A stretch of 64,000 nt of DNA from IMG/VR virus record IMGVR_UViG_3300030095_006840, positions 39,159 through 103,158 of that record; one strand, 5' to 3'. Both the position numbers and the translations under genes were made by a program. Below are positions 10,095-20,200 of this stretch, in pieces (within the stretch, counting starts at the first letter, position 1; every line of letters begins with the position of its first letter). Source of the stretch: a virus (Duplodnaviria; Caudoviricetes). The notes under the pieces are model-generated. The model did no database searches. It was not told the DNA's origin and saw only the letters and a program-made list of their open reading frames with translations.

Positions 10095-10760
10095 ATGATT
10101 TTTGAGAATAACATTAAAAAGGCTTGCGCCACCTTAAAAGAGGAAGGTCTTTATCTCTTTAAAACACCAGTTTATTCTGTAGGTGAACTTGAAGAAGTGA
10201 TTGAAATTCAAGAACAAAGTTTTAGACCGAATGACAACTCTTATGAATTTGGACGAGCTTCAAGAATCGGGTCAAGAGAAAAGTGGTTTAACACTCCGAT
10301 TTATTCCCTTTTTAATCACCCAGTTGTACATCATATAAGTGATGATTTTTACAGTTGCAAACCTTCTTTTAATGAAATTTTTTGCACTCATGATTATCAA
10401 TCTAACCGAGGTTTGGCAAGGAACGGGTATTTACATTTTGATAGAATACCAACATTAAAATTTTTTGTATATCTGACTGACTGTGATGAAACTTCTGGAC
10501 CTTTTCGATATGTTCCAAACAGTTATAAGCTAGGAAAAGAATTAAGAATCAAGGCCAACAATCAGACAAATCTTTATGAAAGTGTTCCCAACCGATTAGA
10601 GCTAGATTATCCTGAATTAGAATACAGTGCAGAGGATACAATCCCCCTTGTTGGACCGGCAGGGACCATGTTTGTGTTTCATAGTGATTTATTTCATATG
10701 GGTGGAATTATTTCGCCATCAAAATCACGTAGAGTAATGAGACTGCATTTGAGGTTATAA
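10095..10760 (+). CDS. PhyH-family 2OG-Fe(II) dioxygenase
   Basis: LHFD…KFFVYLTD…GPFRYVPNS…GTMFVFHSDLFHMG…R. Confidence 0.8.
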   Translation: MIFENNIKKACATLKEEGLYLFKTPVYSVGELEEVIEIQEQSFRPNDNSYEFGRASRIGSREKWFNTPIYSLFNHPVVHHISDDFYSCKPSFNEIFCTHDYQSNRGLARNGYLHFDRIPTLKFFVYLTDCDETSGPFRYVPNSYKLGKELRIKANNQTNLYESVPNRLELDYPELEYSAEDTIPLVGPAGTMFVFHSDLFHMGGIISPSKSRRVMRLHLRL

Positions 10761-10761
10761 A

Positions 10762-11481
10762 ATGGTATATGGTGTTAATTTAGGTTCTGGTGATGGTTGG
10801 AGTCATCCTGGTTGGCAAGGTTTAGATACGATAAACGGTCTTTTTTTAGACGAAAATTCTATTTTACCTTTTGAAGACGAACAATTGTCTTGTGCTTTTT
10901 CTGCTCATTTTTTTGAGCACATATCTAACGAAGTATCGGAACAGTTGTTTCGAGAAATATTCCGAATCCTTAAGTCAGGCTCTTCGTTTCGAATTATTGT
11001 TCCTCATGTAGAACTGATGTTAGAAAAGTATAAAAATAATGATGTTAATTTTTTTACACAAACGATAGGTTTTAGCGGAAGACCAGAGTGGAAGAGTCAA
11101 GGAGTAGAAACTTCATTTACCAATATTTTTCTTCATTGGATTGCAAATTATGATGAGCTTGATGAAGAGAGATTGGTCTATAGAGGCCCACCAAAATTTC
11201 TCCCAACTAATGACGTTCGTCAGAAAGCAGAATTATGTGACGTAGGAGATTTTTGCGATTGGGTTATTAATTTTATACCCGAAGAAAACAATATTCAGAC
11301 TCAACATATAAACTGGTGGACATTTAAGAAGTTTAAAAAACTTTTGAAAAAAGCAGGGTTTGCTAAGGTAGTTGAGTCAAGTCATATGAATTCAAGTATA
11401 TCAGACGTTTTAACAACTCAAAAATTTGACAACTGGAAAGATCGTAGTAATTTTAGTTTATATGTGGAGGCAACAAAGTAA
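10762..11481 (+). CDS. Class I SAM methyltransferase
   Basis: NLGSG, LPFEDE, AHFFEHI, EIFRILKSG…RIIVP, SLYVEATK. Confidence 0.8.
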   Translation: MVYGVNLGSGDGWSHPGWQGLDTINGLFLDENSILPFEDEQLSCAFSAHFFEHISNEVSEQLFREIFRILKSGSSFRIIVPHVELMLEKYKNNDVNFFTQTIGFSGRPEWKSQGVETSFTNIFLHWIANYDELDEERLVYRGPPKFLPTNDVRQKAELCDVGDFCDWVINFIPEENNIQTQHINWWTFKKFKKLLKKAGFAKVVESSHMNSSISDVLTTQKFDNWKDRSNFSLYVEATK

Positions 11482-11482
11482 A

Positions 11483-12271
11483 ATGAAACTTGCTATTTGC
11501 TTATATGGCAACCTAGGGCATCACCTAGATCCTTCTCTAAGGAAAGAAAAAACACTAGTTGATGAATCTCGTAATGCTAATAAAGATTTTAACAACTCTT
11601 TAAACAATCTTAATAGGTTGTTTGTGAAAAATTATGATGTGGACATTTTTATCCATTCTTGGTCTGAGTCCCAAAAAGATAAGATTCTTGAAGCGTACAA
11701 GCCTAAGTCACATATTATCGAGGAGCAAATAGTTTTTGAAAGAACACTAGAAGAATATGGGATCGTAGGTGACGATATTAAAGAATGGGACATAAGTCAG
11801 GCAGCAAAAATTGGATATGAATTATTACTACCAAGTCGAAAATCAGTATCAGCTATTAAAGAAGAGATGTCTAAGGAGATTTTCAGAACTCACAGTCGGT
11901 GGTATAGTACCCAACAATCTATTAAATTAAAAAAAGAATATGAAGAAGAAAATGGCTTTGTGTACGATTTTGTTTTAGCCACCAGGTTTGATAATGTTTT
12001 TTATAAATTTCCTAAACTGGAACAGATGCCAACTGACAAGTTTTATGCATCCCCAAGAACCGGTCGCCCAGACATAGAATTGGCATTTTTTGATTATTGG
12101 TTTATGTCAAATTCACAAAATATGAATAAATTTGGTGATTTATACAATAATATTACTGATTACTGTATTAGACCAACTTTTTCTTGCCGTGAACACGTAA
12201 ATAAAGTTATTGGAAATGAAAATGTTTTGATGTGGGGCGAACATCACCAAGATTATTCCCTGGAAAGATAG
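11483..12271 (+). CDS. Putative glycosyltransferase-like protein (KxAxCxxG…DIFIHSW…RFD family)
   Basis: ATG at 11483 just after the upstream stop. MKLAICLYG, DIFIHSW, YDFVLATRFD, DYWF. Confidence 0.5.
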   Translation: MKLAICLYGNLGHHLDPSLRKEKTLVDESRNANKDFNNSLNNLNRLFVKNYDVDIFIHSWSESQKDKILEAYKPKSHIIEEQIVFERTLEEYGIVGDDIKEWDISQAAKIGYELLLPSRKSVSAIKEEMSKEIFRTHSRWYSTQQSIKLKKEYEEENGFVYDFVLATRFDNVFYKFPKLEQMPTDKFYASPRTGRPDIELAFFDYWFMSNSQNMNKFGDLYNNITDYCIRPTFSCREHVNKVIGNENVLMWGEHHQDYSLER

Positions 12272-13099
12272 ATGAGTAGCGATAAGATATTAAATTCTTA
12301 TAGAACAAACGGTTTTTATATATGGAAATCTTTTTATGACTCAGAATATTGTATAGAGTTAAAAAAATACCTTTCTTTTCTACCTGCCAAACTCACTATT
12401 CCCTACACTAATATTCCATGGGGGTATGGTAATCTCCTGCGCCAAGGACCATTCAAGAACATAACAGAAGACGCAAGGATAAACCAGATATGTAAAGATG
12501 TTTTTTCCGATTCATATATTTTCAACCATTTATATGTTCACAACAAGGTTAAGTGGATCGGCAAGGGAATAGAGTGGCATCAAGAGTTGTTTAACATTGA
12601 TACATATGCTCCCGGATATGATTCTGAAAAAGACTGGGAGAAGTTTATTCAATTTTATGTTCCACTTGACCATCAGAATTTAAAAAATGGTTGCATCAAG
12701 GTTTTTCCTGGTTCACATAAATTGGGAATTTTAGACCACGAAGATGTGATGGATGAAAATTTTGGACACAAAAGAAGAGTAACCTATGAGGTAATGAATC
12801 AACTTCAGGAAAAATGTGGTGTAAAAAATTGTATCTTAAATCCTGGAGATTTATTAATTTTTAACCACCGGTTGGTTCATGGCTCTCCATCAAACAACTC
12901 ACCTTACGATAGAAAAGCAATTGTTTTGCAAGCGAGAGAAGACTCAATTGTTAAAAATGATGAAGTTTTTCAAAAAGAAAAAAAATATCGTCGCAATTTT
13001 GTTCTTGAGGGGTTAAACAATAAGTTGAAAGAAATGAACTCACAAGATTTATATAATGATTTTAAAGTAAAGAAGAGAAAAGAAGATGAAGATAAATAA
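12272..13099 (+). CDS. PhyH-family 2OG-Fe(II) dioxygenase
   Basis: WHQE, VPLD…NGCIKVFPGSHK, LNPGDLLIFNHRLVHGSPSNNS…R. Confidence 0.85.
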   Translation: MSSDKILNSYRTNGFYIWKSFYDSEYCIELKKYLSFLPAKLTIPYTNIPWGYGNLLRQGPFKNITEDARINQICKDVFSDSYIFNHLYVHNKVKWIGKGIEWHQELFNIDTYAPGYDSEKDWEKFIQFYVPLDHQNLKNGCIKVFPGSHKLGILDHEDVMDENFGHKRRVTYEVMNQLQEKCGVKNCILNPGDLLIFNHRLVHGSPSNNSPYDRKAIVLQAREDSIVKNDEVFQKEKKYRRNFVLEGLNNKLKEMNSQDLYNDFKVKKRKEDEDK

Positions 13100-14204
13100 C
13101 TGGATCTCAAACGTTGTTCGTATGCAAATATCTCGCTCTAGCCGAGAACCTAACAAGCGTTACGATTGCGCTGAAAGAACTTTAAATTTTGAACAAAAAC
13201 TTTATGATGAATTTTTAAAAAGTTTAACACAAGAAGACTTTATAACTTATCCCTCATACAAACAATACTGGGATATAAAAGAACGTATTGCCGATTTACA
13301 CAACGAGTATGATGGGTCTAATTTTTCACGCGAAAATGTCTATATTGATGCAGGCTCTGATGCTTGTATCAAGTCACTTATTCAAATAACTTGTCAAGAA
13401 GGCTCCGAAATAGTATCTTCTTTCCCCTGCTTCCCAATGTATTTTGTTTATGGAGAAACCTTTGGGGCCAAATTTACACCTGTTAAGTATGATGAGAACT
13501 TAAATTTTGAGTTAGAATCGATTATGGAGTCCATATCTCCTGAAACCAGGCTTGTTATTCTCACTAACCCCAACAGTCCTTATGGAGACTATAGAACACC
13601 TGCTGATATTGAAAAATTGTGTAAATATACACAAGATAAAAAATTAATTCTTTTAATTGATGAAGCTTATGCTGATTTTGCACCTGATAATTGTGTTAAA
13701 TTAGTGCAAAAATATGACAATGTTGTGGTTTCGAGAACCTTCTCGAAAGGTTGGGGAGGAGCAGGAACCCGAGTGGGCTATTTGTTGGGAAATAAAAATT
13801 TGATTGAGAATGTATCAAAAGTTGGACTCACTTATCCCATCACCGGACCCTCTTTAAAATTTGTCAATTTTCTACTCGACAATACCACAGATATTAAAGA
13901 TTATATAAGTAAAACTATTGTCGAACGAAATAATTTGTGCGATGCTCTTGAAGTTGCGAATTTTGATGTTGTTAGGTCACACACGAATACTATACATTTT
14001 CACGAGAAAAGTGGGGACAACACAAAATCAATCGAAATCTTGCAGAAACACGGCATATCCTTCAAGTGTGGTCAACAAAAAACAGGCACCGCAGTTAGAG
14101 TTCCAGGCGATAAACGTGAAACCTGGATTAGATTATCGATTGGGCCGAATATGCTTGAGAGTGAATTTGTCAAAGATTTACTACACCAAAGAGGGATGAA
14201 GTGA
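13086..14204 (+). CDS. PLP-dependent class I/II aminotransferase or decarboxylase (HisC/CobD-like)
   Basis: AGSD, LTNPNSPYG, LIDEAYADF, SRTFSKGWGGAGTRVGY, WIRLSIG. Confidence 0.85.
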   Translation: MKINNWISNVVRMQISRSSREPNKRYDCAERTLNFEQKLYDEFLKSLTQEDFITYPSYKQYWDIKERIADLHNEYDGSNFSRENVYIDAGSDACIKSLIQITCQEGSEIVSSFPCFPMYFVYGETFGAKFTPVKYDENLNFELESIMESISPETRLVILTNPNSPYGDYRTPADIEKLCKYTQDKKLILLIDEAYADFAPDNCVKLVQKYDNVVVSRTFSKGWGGAGTRVGYLLGNKNLIENVSKVGLTYPITGPSLKFVNFLLDNTTDIKDYISKTIVERNNLCDALEVANFDVVRSHTNTIHFHEKSGDNTKSIEILQKHGISFKCGQQKTGTAVRVPGDKRETWIRLSIGPNMLESEFVKDLLHQRGMK

Positions 14205-14314
14205 ATAAGCTTAAAATTGCTCTCTGTTTGTCAGGGGAATTGAGAGGGTGGCAGATTTGTTGCGAAGGTATATTTAAATATTTAGAGAATACTATCCCCT
14301 CAAATAAAACTTAA
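14201..14314 (+). pseudogene. Truncated N-terminal fragment of a KIALCLSG-family (GT-like) gene
   Basis: GTGA overlap with the upstream stop. Translates as MNKLKIALCLSGELRGWQICCEGIFKYLENTIPSNKT*, resembling the N-terminus of the 11483 protein but only 37 aa long. Confidence 0.55.
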
Positions 14315-14331
14315 AAAGGAACAAATATTTG

Positions 14332-14697
14332 ATGAGAAAAAATTTACCAAAAACTATTTTTTGTGATATTGATGGAACCCTCATAAAGCATGAGCCTCCC
14401 CATATGAGCTGCCAGGATGATTATTCCCCACAACTTTTAGAGGGTACTTTGGAAAAAATAAAAGAATGGGACCAAAAAGGGTATAGAATAATTTTAACAA
14501 CCGGTCGCCGTGAAAGCTCAAGGAAAATGACCGAAAAACACATCAATTCTTTAGGTATTATTTATGATTATTTGATTATGGGAATTGGTGGTGGTGATAG
14601 GGTAGTTATAAACGACAGAAAACCAGATTCTGAACGAGATACATGTTATGCCATTAATCTAACTCGTAATGTAGGGATAAAAGACGTAGACATCTAA
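14332..14697 (+). CDS. HAD-family phosphatase
   Basis: FCDIDGTL, LTTGR, RVVINDRKP. Confidence 0.8.
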   Translation: MRKNLPKTIFCDIDGTLIKHEPPHMSCQDDYSPQLLEGTLEKIKEWDQKGYRIILTTGRRESSRKMTEKHINSLGIIYDYLIMGIGGGDRVVINDRKPDSERDTCYAINLTRNVGIKDVDI

Positions 14698-14719
14698 TTA
14701 TGGTTAGGGGTAATTTAGT

Positions 14720-15370
14720 ATGGCTTGGGTTAAACAATTAAAAGAATTTTTATCTCACAAAGATAATGAAAAGTATGATATTTTTATTGAAACAGGGTTT
14801 TTGAAGGGTCAAACCCTACATAATGCGTCGAAGTTGAAACGTGAAACAGGAGACGAAACAGGAGAGTATGTATTCAAAAAACTTTACTCTCTTGAACTTC
14901 ATGAAGAATATTTTACAGAAGCCTTATCTTTACAACGCCCAAATATAAAAGCACTTGTAGAATCGGGACGAGCAATATTAGTTCCCGGCGATTCCGCAGT
15001 CACTATGCCACAAGTGTTAGAAAATATAACAGACCCATCAATGTTCTACCTGGATGCCCACGGACATAATGATGTTGGGCAAGAAGTGCCAAACAATCCC
15101 CTTTTTAAAGAACTGGAAGCAATTGCCGCTCATCATATCAAGGGGCACTTAATCGTCATAGATGATGTGGGTTTTATTGAACATGCAGTGGAGAACCCAG
15201 ACAGGGCACCGTGGGCTACTTTAACGGGTGGAATTGATAAACTGAAAGAGTATATTGAACATGTTTTCGGCAAACCTATTAAGTTTGAAAAAATAATGTA
15301 CCCCTCCAGAAATGAGTATTCTCCCTTACCGGGAGTAAAAACAAATTATTTTTTAACTTTTAAATCTTAA
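14720..15370 (+). CDS. Putative SAM methyltransferase
   Basis: FIETGFLKG, YSLEL, GDS, FYLDAH, IVIDD. Confidence 0.65.
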   Translation: MAWVKQLKEFLSHKDNEKYDIFIETGFLKGQTLHNASKLKRETGDETGEYVFKKLYSLELHEEYFTEALSLQRPNIKALVESGRAILVPGDSAVTMPQVLENITDPSMFYLDAHGHNDVGQEVPNNPLFKELEAIAAHHIKGHLIVIDDVGFIEHAVENPDRAPWATLTGGIDKLKEYIEHVFGKPIKFEKIMYPSRNEYSPLPGVKTNYFLTFKS

Positions 15371-15378
15371 AAATTTCG

Positions 15379-15387
15379 TGCTATAAT
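15379..15387 (+). promoter_or_regulatory. Extended -10 sigma70-type promoter
   Basis: TGCTATAAT in an intergenic gap, with TTTAAA at 17-nt spacing (15359-15364). Confidence 0.5.
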
Positions 15388-15407
15388 CACTTAAAAGGGT
15401 GATAAAA

Positions 15408-15770
15408 ATGTTAAACGATAAATCTAGAGGTGAAGAACGACCTTGGGGAAGATACGATAATCTTTACGAAGATGACAACTGTAAGGTTAAAAAAATAACC
15501 ATTAAACCGCACCAAAACCCCTCATACCAGATGCATTTTAAAAGGAGTGAAGTGTGGGTTGTAATCTCTGGAACAGGTCAATTACGACTGAACGATGTTT
15601 ACACTGATCTCACCCCTGGTTCTGTGGCCAACATTCCTTTACAAGCCAAACATACAATTATCAATACTGGTGATGAAAACTTGGTCTTTATAGAGGTCCA
15701 AACCGGAACTTATTTTGGCGAAGATGACATTGTGAGATTAGAAGATAAATATGGCAGACAAGACCCATAA
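15408..15770 (+). CDS. Cupin, mannose-6-phosphate isomerase type II C-terminal-like
   Basis: ERPWG, VKKITIKP, SYQMHFKRSEVWVV, IEVQTGTYFGEDDIVRLEDKYGR. Confidence 0.85.
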   Translation: MLNDKSRGEERPWGRYDNLYEDDNCKVKKITIKPHQNPSYQMHFKRSEVWVVISGTGQLRLNDVYTDLTPGSVANIPLQAKHTIINTGDENLVFIEVQTGTYFGEDDIVRLEDKYGRQDP

Positions 15771-17310
15771 AGTTCTTGTAACAACAAGTGGCCTCGGCAG
15801 CCGATTAGGGAACTTAACAACATATACTAACAAATCTTTGGTAAGAGTGGGTGCAAAGCCAGCCATTTCGTATATTATAGAACAATACCCTGAAAATACC
15901 GAATTCGTGGTGACACTAGGTCACTTTGGAGAACACGTTCGTGGCCTACTGGAGCTTTTATACCCCTCTCGAAACATAGCTTATGTTGAAGTAGAAAAGT
16001 ATGCGGGAGAAGGGAGCAGCCTCGGTTGGTCAATGTTGTGCACCCAAGAACACTTACAGTGTCCATTTATTTTTCATACTTGTGATTCTATCTTGCAAAA
16101 CAATCCCCCACCTCCTGAAGAAAATTGGATTGGAGTCAGCAATGTCAAAGACTCATTTCAATATCGTACCGTCAAAGTTTTGAATAATCAGGTGGTTTCT
16201 TTTCAAGAAAAGGGTGAGATAAATTACGATTATGCTTATATAGGTGTTTGCGGAATAAAAGATTATAAACCTTTTTGGGATAATTTACAAAAAGTATATG
16301 ATTCAAACCCCAACAATTCATCCCTTTCAGATTGTCATGCGCTTCAGAAAATGATTACTAGTGGTATTAAGTTTGGGTTTGTTGAATGTGATTGGCATGA
16401 CATCGGAAACATAAACGACTTGCGCAAAACTAGAGAAAATATTGGTGAAGACATTTGCGTCCTAGATAAAGAGGAGGAAAATACATACATCTTTAATGAT
16501 TCGGTGGTAAAATTTTTTTATGACCCTGAAAAAGTCACGCAAAGAGTTTCACGAGCAAACCTACTTAACCCCTTAACTCCCAATATATTGGGATCTTGTG
16601 ATAATTTTTATCGCTATGAATTTGTTGAAGGAAAAACATTTTCCGAAAATACTAAGTTAAGTGTATTTAAGCAGTTTTTAGATTGGTCATCTTTACAACT
16701 ATGGAAAATGAATGGGGAAAACATTAGGGATTTGTGTGAAAAATTTTATTTTGACAAGACCGAGAGTCGAATTAATCAATTTCTTAATTCGTATGAAGAA
16801 TCTCATTTACCCATTAATGGGTTAGATTGTCCACCAGTTCTAGAGCAGGTTAAAAAAATAGATAAAGAGTGGATGTGTGATGGGCTTTCAAGTTACTTTC
16901 ACGGAGATTTTATATTAGACAATATAATTTGTGATGTAGATCAATTTAAATTAATTGATTGGAGACACAACTTTGGAGATAATGCACTAGAGTACGGCGA
17001 TCTATATTATGACCTATCTAAATTAAACCATAGCTTAAGCTTTAATCATAGTCTTGTGAATCAAGAATGTTATACCATTGATTTTAGTGATGATAATATC
17101 ACTGTAGATATTTTGAGAAAAAATACGCTAGTGGAATTCCAGAGAGCATTTGAAAATTTTGTTAGACAGAATGGTTGGGATCTGAAAAAGATTAAAGTTT
17201 TAACATCTTTAATTTGGATAAACATGAGTCCGTTGCATGAATATCCATTAAATATTTTTCTCTTTTATTTTGGAAAATACAATTTATGGAGAAGTATTAA
17301 TGAACAATAA
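15751..17310 (+). CDS. Nucleotidyltransferase fused to an APH/choline-kinase-like phosphotransferase
   Basis: N-term TTSGLGSRL…NKSL, WHDIGN. C-term FHGDFILDNI, LIDWR, GDLYYDLSK. Confidence 0.75.
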   Translation: MADKTHKVLVTTSGLGSRLGNLTTYTNKSLVRVGAKPAISYIIEQYPENTEFVVTLGHFGEHVRGLLELLYPSRNIAYVEVEKYAGEGSSLGWSMLCTQEHLQCPFIFHTCDSILQNNPPPPEENWIGVSNVKDSFQYRTVKVLNNQVVSFQEKGEINYDYAYIGVCGIKDYKPFWDNLQKVYDSNPNNSSLSDCHALQKMITSGIKFGFVECDWHDIGNINDLRKTRENIGEDICVLDKEEENTYIFNDSVVKFFYDPEKVTQRVSRANLLNPLTPNILGSCDNFYRYEFVEGKTFSENTKLSVFKQFLDWSSLQLWKMNGENIRDLCEKFYFDKTESRINQFLNSYEESHLPINGLDCPPVLEQVKKIDKEWMCDGLSSYFHGDFILDNIICDVDQFKLIDWRHNFGDNALEYGDLYYDLSKLNHSLSFNHSLVNQECYTIDFSDDNITVDILRKNTLVEFQRAFENFVRQNGWDLKKIKVLTSLIWINMSPLHEYPLNIFLFYFGKYNLWRSINEQ

Positions 17311-18313
17311 ATTACCTAAAATTTATTTCGGACCTATGACAAAAAACATTGTAGATGTTCTATTGAAATATTCTATCGATCAAAATGCCGCTATTGGTTT
17401 TATCCCTTCTCGCCGCCAAGTTGAGCATGATGGTGGATATGTGAACAGTTGGAAGACTAAAGATTTTTATGAGTATGTAAAGAAAATAAATTCAAATGCG
17501 CTGGTGTGCAGAGATCATGGCGGAAGAAGCCAGGGCAAAACACTTGATGACGGTAAGGTTTCCTTTCAAGAAGACGCCAAAACTGGCTTTGACATTATAC
17601 ACATAGATCCATGGAAAAACTTTACGTCGCTAGATGAAGTGGCAGAAACTACATGTGACAACATTGAACGTTGCTTGTCTATTAACCCAAATCTTAGATT
17701 TGAAATCGGAACAGAAGAGGCCATCCACCCCTACACACCAGAAGAGCTAGATTACTTTTTATATAAAACACAAAACCAACTCGGAGATAAATTTGAAAAA
17801 GTTTTATATGCGGTGGTTCAATTTGGCACAGCGATTGTTGGAACAAAGAACGTAGGTGTGTTTAATCGTCATCGCTCAAAACAAATGATAGATGTTTGTA
17901 AGAAGTATAAGGTTCTCTCAAAGGAGCATAATGGTGATTATTTAACCAAAGCAGAGATCGAAGATAGGTTCAACATTGGTTTGGATGCCATAAATATAGC
18001 ACCTGAATTTGGCGTACTGGAAACCTCTACTGTAATTGAACACATGCTAGACAATATGGATTTTGAAAATTTAGATAAATTTTTTGAAGTTTGTTACGAA
18101 AGTAAAAAGTGGGTGAAATGGATTCCACCAGAAGTTGCGTCTCTGGAAACATCGCTAGTCTCTTTATTTATCGCCAGGGTATGTGGTCATTACGTCATGA
18201 ATAGTCCATTTGTTTTAGATTATAAGGCGAAAAATCCAAAACTTGACACTTTGATCCAAGAAAGCCTGCGTGTAAAAATATCTGACACCATGTCTTTGTG
18301 TAAAAACCAATGA
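17300..18313 (+). CDS. Class II aldolase/GatZ-KbaZ-like TIM-barrel enzyme
   Basis: SRRQVE…GGY, CRDHGG, IIHIDP, FEIGTEE, KEHNGDYL, INIAPEFG. Confidence 0.6.
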   Translation: MNNKLPKIYFGPMTKNIVDVLLKYSIDQNAAIGFIPSRRQVEHDGGYVNSWKTKDFYEYVKKINSNALVCRDHGGRSQGKTLDDGKVSFQEDAKTGFDIIHIDPWKNFTSLDEVAETTCDNIERCLSINPNLRFEIGTEEAIHPYTPEELDYFLYKTQNQLGDKFEKVLYAVVQFGTAIVGTKNVGVFNRHRSKQMIDVCKKYKVLSKEHNGDYLTKAEIEDRFNIGLDAINIAPEFGVLETSTVIEHMLDNMDFENLDKFFEVCYESKKWVKWIPPEVASLETSLVSLFIARVCGHYVMNSPFVLDYKAKNPKLDTLIQESLRVKISDTMSLCKNQ

Positions 18314-19236
18314 AAAAAATATTAATCACTGGTGGTTCTGGCATGGTCGGCAACTCACTACAAGAATATTTACCGGAAGCTTATTATGTCTCCTCTAAAG
18401 AGTGTGATCTTCGTATGTACGACGGGGTAAAATACCTATTCAATTCAATAAAGCCAGATTATGTTATACATTTGGCCGCGAAAGTTGGTGGTGTAAAAGC
18501 AAACAGTGATTATTTAGGTGACTTTTATTATGATAATATCACCATGAATAATAATATCTTAGAAGTATCTCGTCAAAAGAATGTTAAAAAAGTAGTGTCT
18601 CTTTTGAGCACTTGTATTTACCCCGACAAAGTAAACTATCCACTGACAGAAGATCAGATCCATGCTGGCCCACCTCATAAATCCAACTATGCCTATGCTT
18701 ATGCCAAAAGGATGTTAGACATCCAGTCACAAGCCTATCGGGACCAGTATGGTTGCAATTTTATAACAGCAGTTCCAAATAATTTATTTGGAGAACATGA
18801 CAATTTTCACTTAGAAGAATCCCATTTAATCCCAGCAATTATTAGAAAAATGTATGAAGCAAAGCAGGACAATAAAGATGTTGTTTTATGGGGTGACGGA
18901 AAAGCAAAAAGAGAGTTTACTTACGCTAAAGATTTGTCTAAAATTGTGTTATTATTACTTCAAGAATATAACGATAAAGAGCCAATTAATGTTGGCAACA
19001 CAAACGAGTATACTATAAAAGAAGTTGCAGAAACAATAGCAGATATTATGAATTTTAAGGGTGAAATAGTTTGGGACGAATCCAAACCAAAGGGTCAACA
19101 TAGAAAACCATCCGATAATTCTAAGTTGTTGAGCATGGGATGGGACAATGAAGACTACACACCATTTAAAAAAGCACTTAAAAATACTTGCAATTGGTTT
19201 ATTGAGAATTATCCAAATGTAAGAGGTGTGGGTTGA
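18310..19236 (+). CDS. fcl: GDP-L-fucose synthase
   Basis: [43 protein letters not shown]. Confidence 0.92.
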   Translation: MKKILITGGSGMVGNSLQEYLPEAYYVSSKECDLRMYDGVKYLFNSIKPDYVIHLAAKVGGVKANSDYLGDFYYDNITMNNNILEVSRQKNVKKVVSLLSTCIYPDKVNYPLTEDQIHAGPPHKSNYAYAYAKRMLDIQSQAYRDQYGCNFITAVPNNLFGEHDNFHLEESHLIPAIIRKMYEAKQDNKDVVLWGDGKAKREFTYAKDLSKIVLLLLQEYNDKEPINVGNTNEYTIKEVAETIADIMNFKGEIVWDESKPKGQHRKPSDNSKLLSMGWDNEDYTPFKKALKNTCNWFIENYPNVRGVG

Positions 19237-20198
19237 GAAAGGCAGTAATAACGGGAATTACCGGTCAAGACGGCTCATATCTGGCAAAATTTTTGCTGAA
19301 TAAAGGGTATGAAGTCCACGGTTTAAAGCGAAGAACATCACTCATCAATACAGACCGAGTAGATGAGATATATAGTCATCCAAATTTCCACTTATCTTAT
19401 TTCGACTTAAATGACACATCTGCTATATGGGATACTCTAATAAGGATTAAGCCCGACGAGATTTATAATTTAGCAGCACAATCTCATGTTCGCGTATCTT
19501 TTGATATTCCAGAAAACACCGTTGATGGTATTGCGATGGGAACATTAAGAATTTTAAATGCTATGAAAACCGTTGTTCCTCAAGCCCGCTTTTATCAAGC
19601 ATCATCATCGGAAATGTATGGCGATAATCCTAATTATCCATTTGACGAGGAATCAAAATTGATGCCCGCATCACCTTATGCGTGTGCAAAAACTTTCGCA
19701 CATAATCTTGTAAGAAACTATCGTGAAAGTTATGGACTACATGCATCTAGTGGAATACTTTTTAATCATGAATCCCCTTTGCGAGGCGAAACATTTGTTA
19801 CACGTAAAATTACTTTAGCCGCCGCAAGAATTAAATTAGGATTACAAGATAAGTTATTTTTGGGAAATCTGGATGCAAAACGAGATTGGGGCTTCGCAGG
19901 TGATTATGTTGAGGCAATGTGGCTAATGCTACAGCAAGACAATCCGGATGATTACGTAATCTCCACCGGAGAAACACACACAGTACAAGAATTTTTAGAA
20001 AATGTATTTGAACATGCAGGTCTGAGCATTGAAAAGCATGTTGAAATCGATTCAAGACTTTTTCGCCCACAAGAGGTTCCTTATTTGTTGGGAAATAGTG
20101 ATAAAGCAAAAAAAATATTAAAATGGGAACCAAAAATTAAATTTAAAGAACTTTGCAAACTCATGTATGAGGCAGATTATGCAAGTGAAAAGGAGTAA
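19233..20198 (+). CDS. gmd: GDP-mannose 4,6-dehydratase
   Basis: [70 protein letters not shown] start. Confidence 0.95.
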   Translation: MRKAVITGITGQDGSYLAKFLLNKGYEVHGLKRRTSLINTDRVDEIYSHPNFHLSYFDLNDTSAIWDTLIRIKPDEIYNLAAQSHVRVSFDIPENTVDGIAMGTLRILNAMKTVVPQARFYQASSSEMYGDNPNYPFDEESKLMPASPYACAKTFAHNLVRNYRESYGLHASSGILFNHESPLRGETFVTRKITLAAARIKLGLQDKLFLGNLDAKRDWGFAGDYVEAMWLMLQQDNPDDYVISTGETHTVQEFLENVFEHAGLSIEKHVEIDSRLFRPQEVPYLLGNSDKAKKILKWEPKIKFKELCKLMYEADYASEKE

Positions 20199-20200
20199 AA

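Noticed and set aside
13086-14204. hisC in histidine biosynthesis
   Set aside because: No his operon context; family similarity alone does not fix the substrate.
18243-18278. TTGACA upstream of fcl as a promoter
   Set aside because: No -10 element at 16-18 nt spacing.
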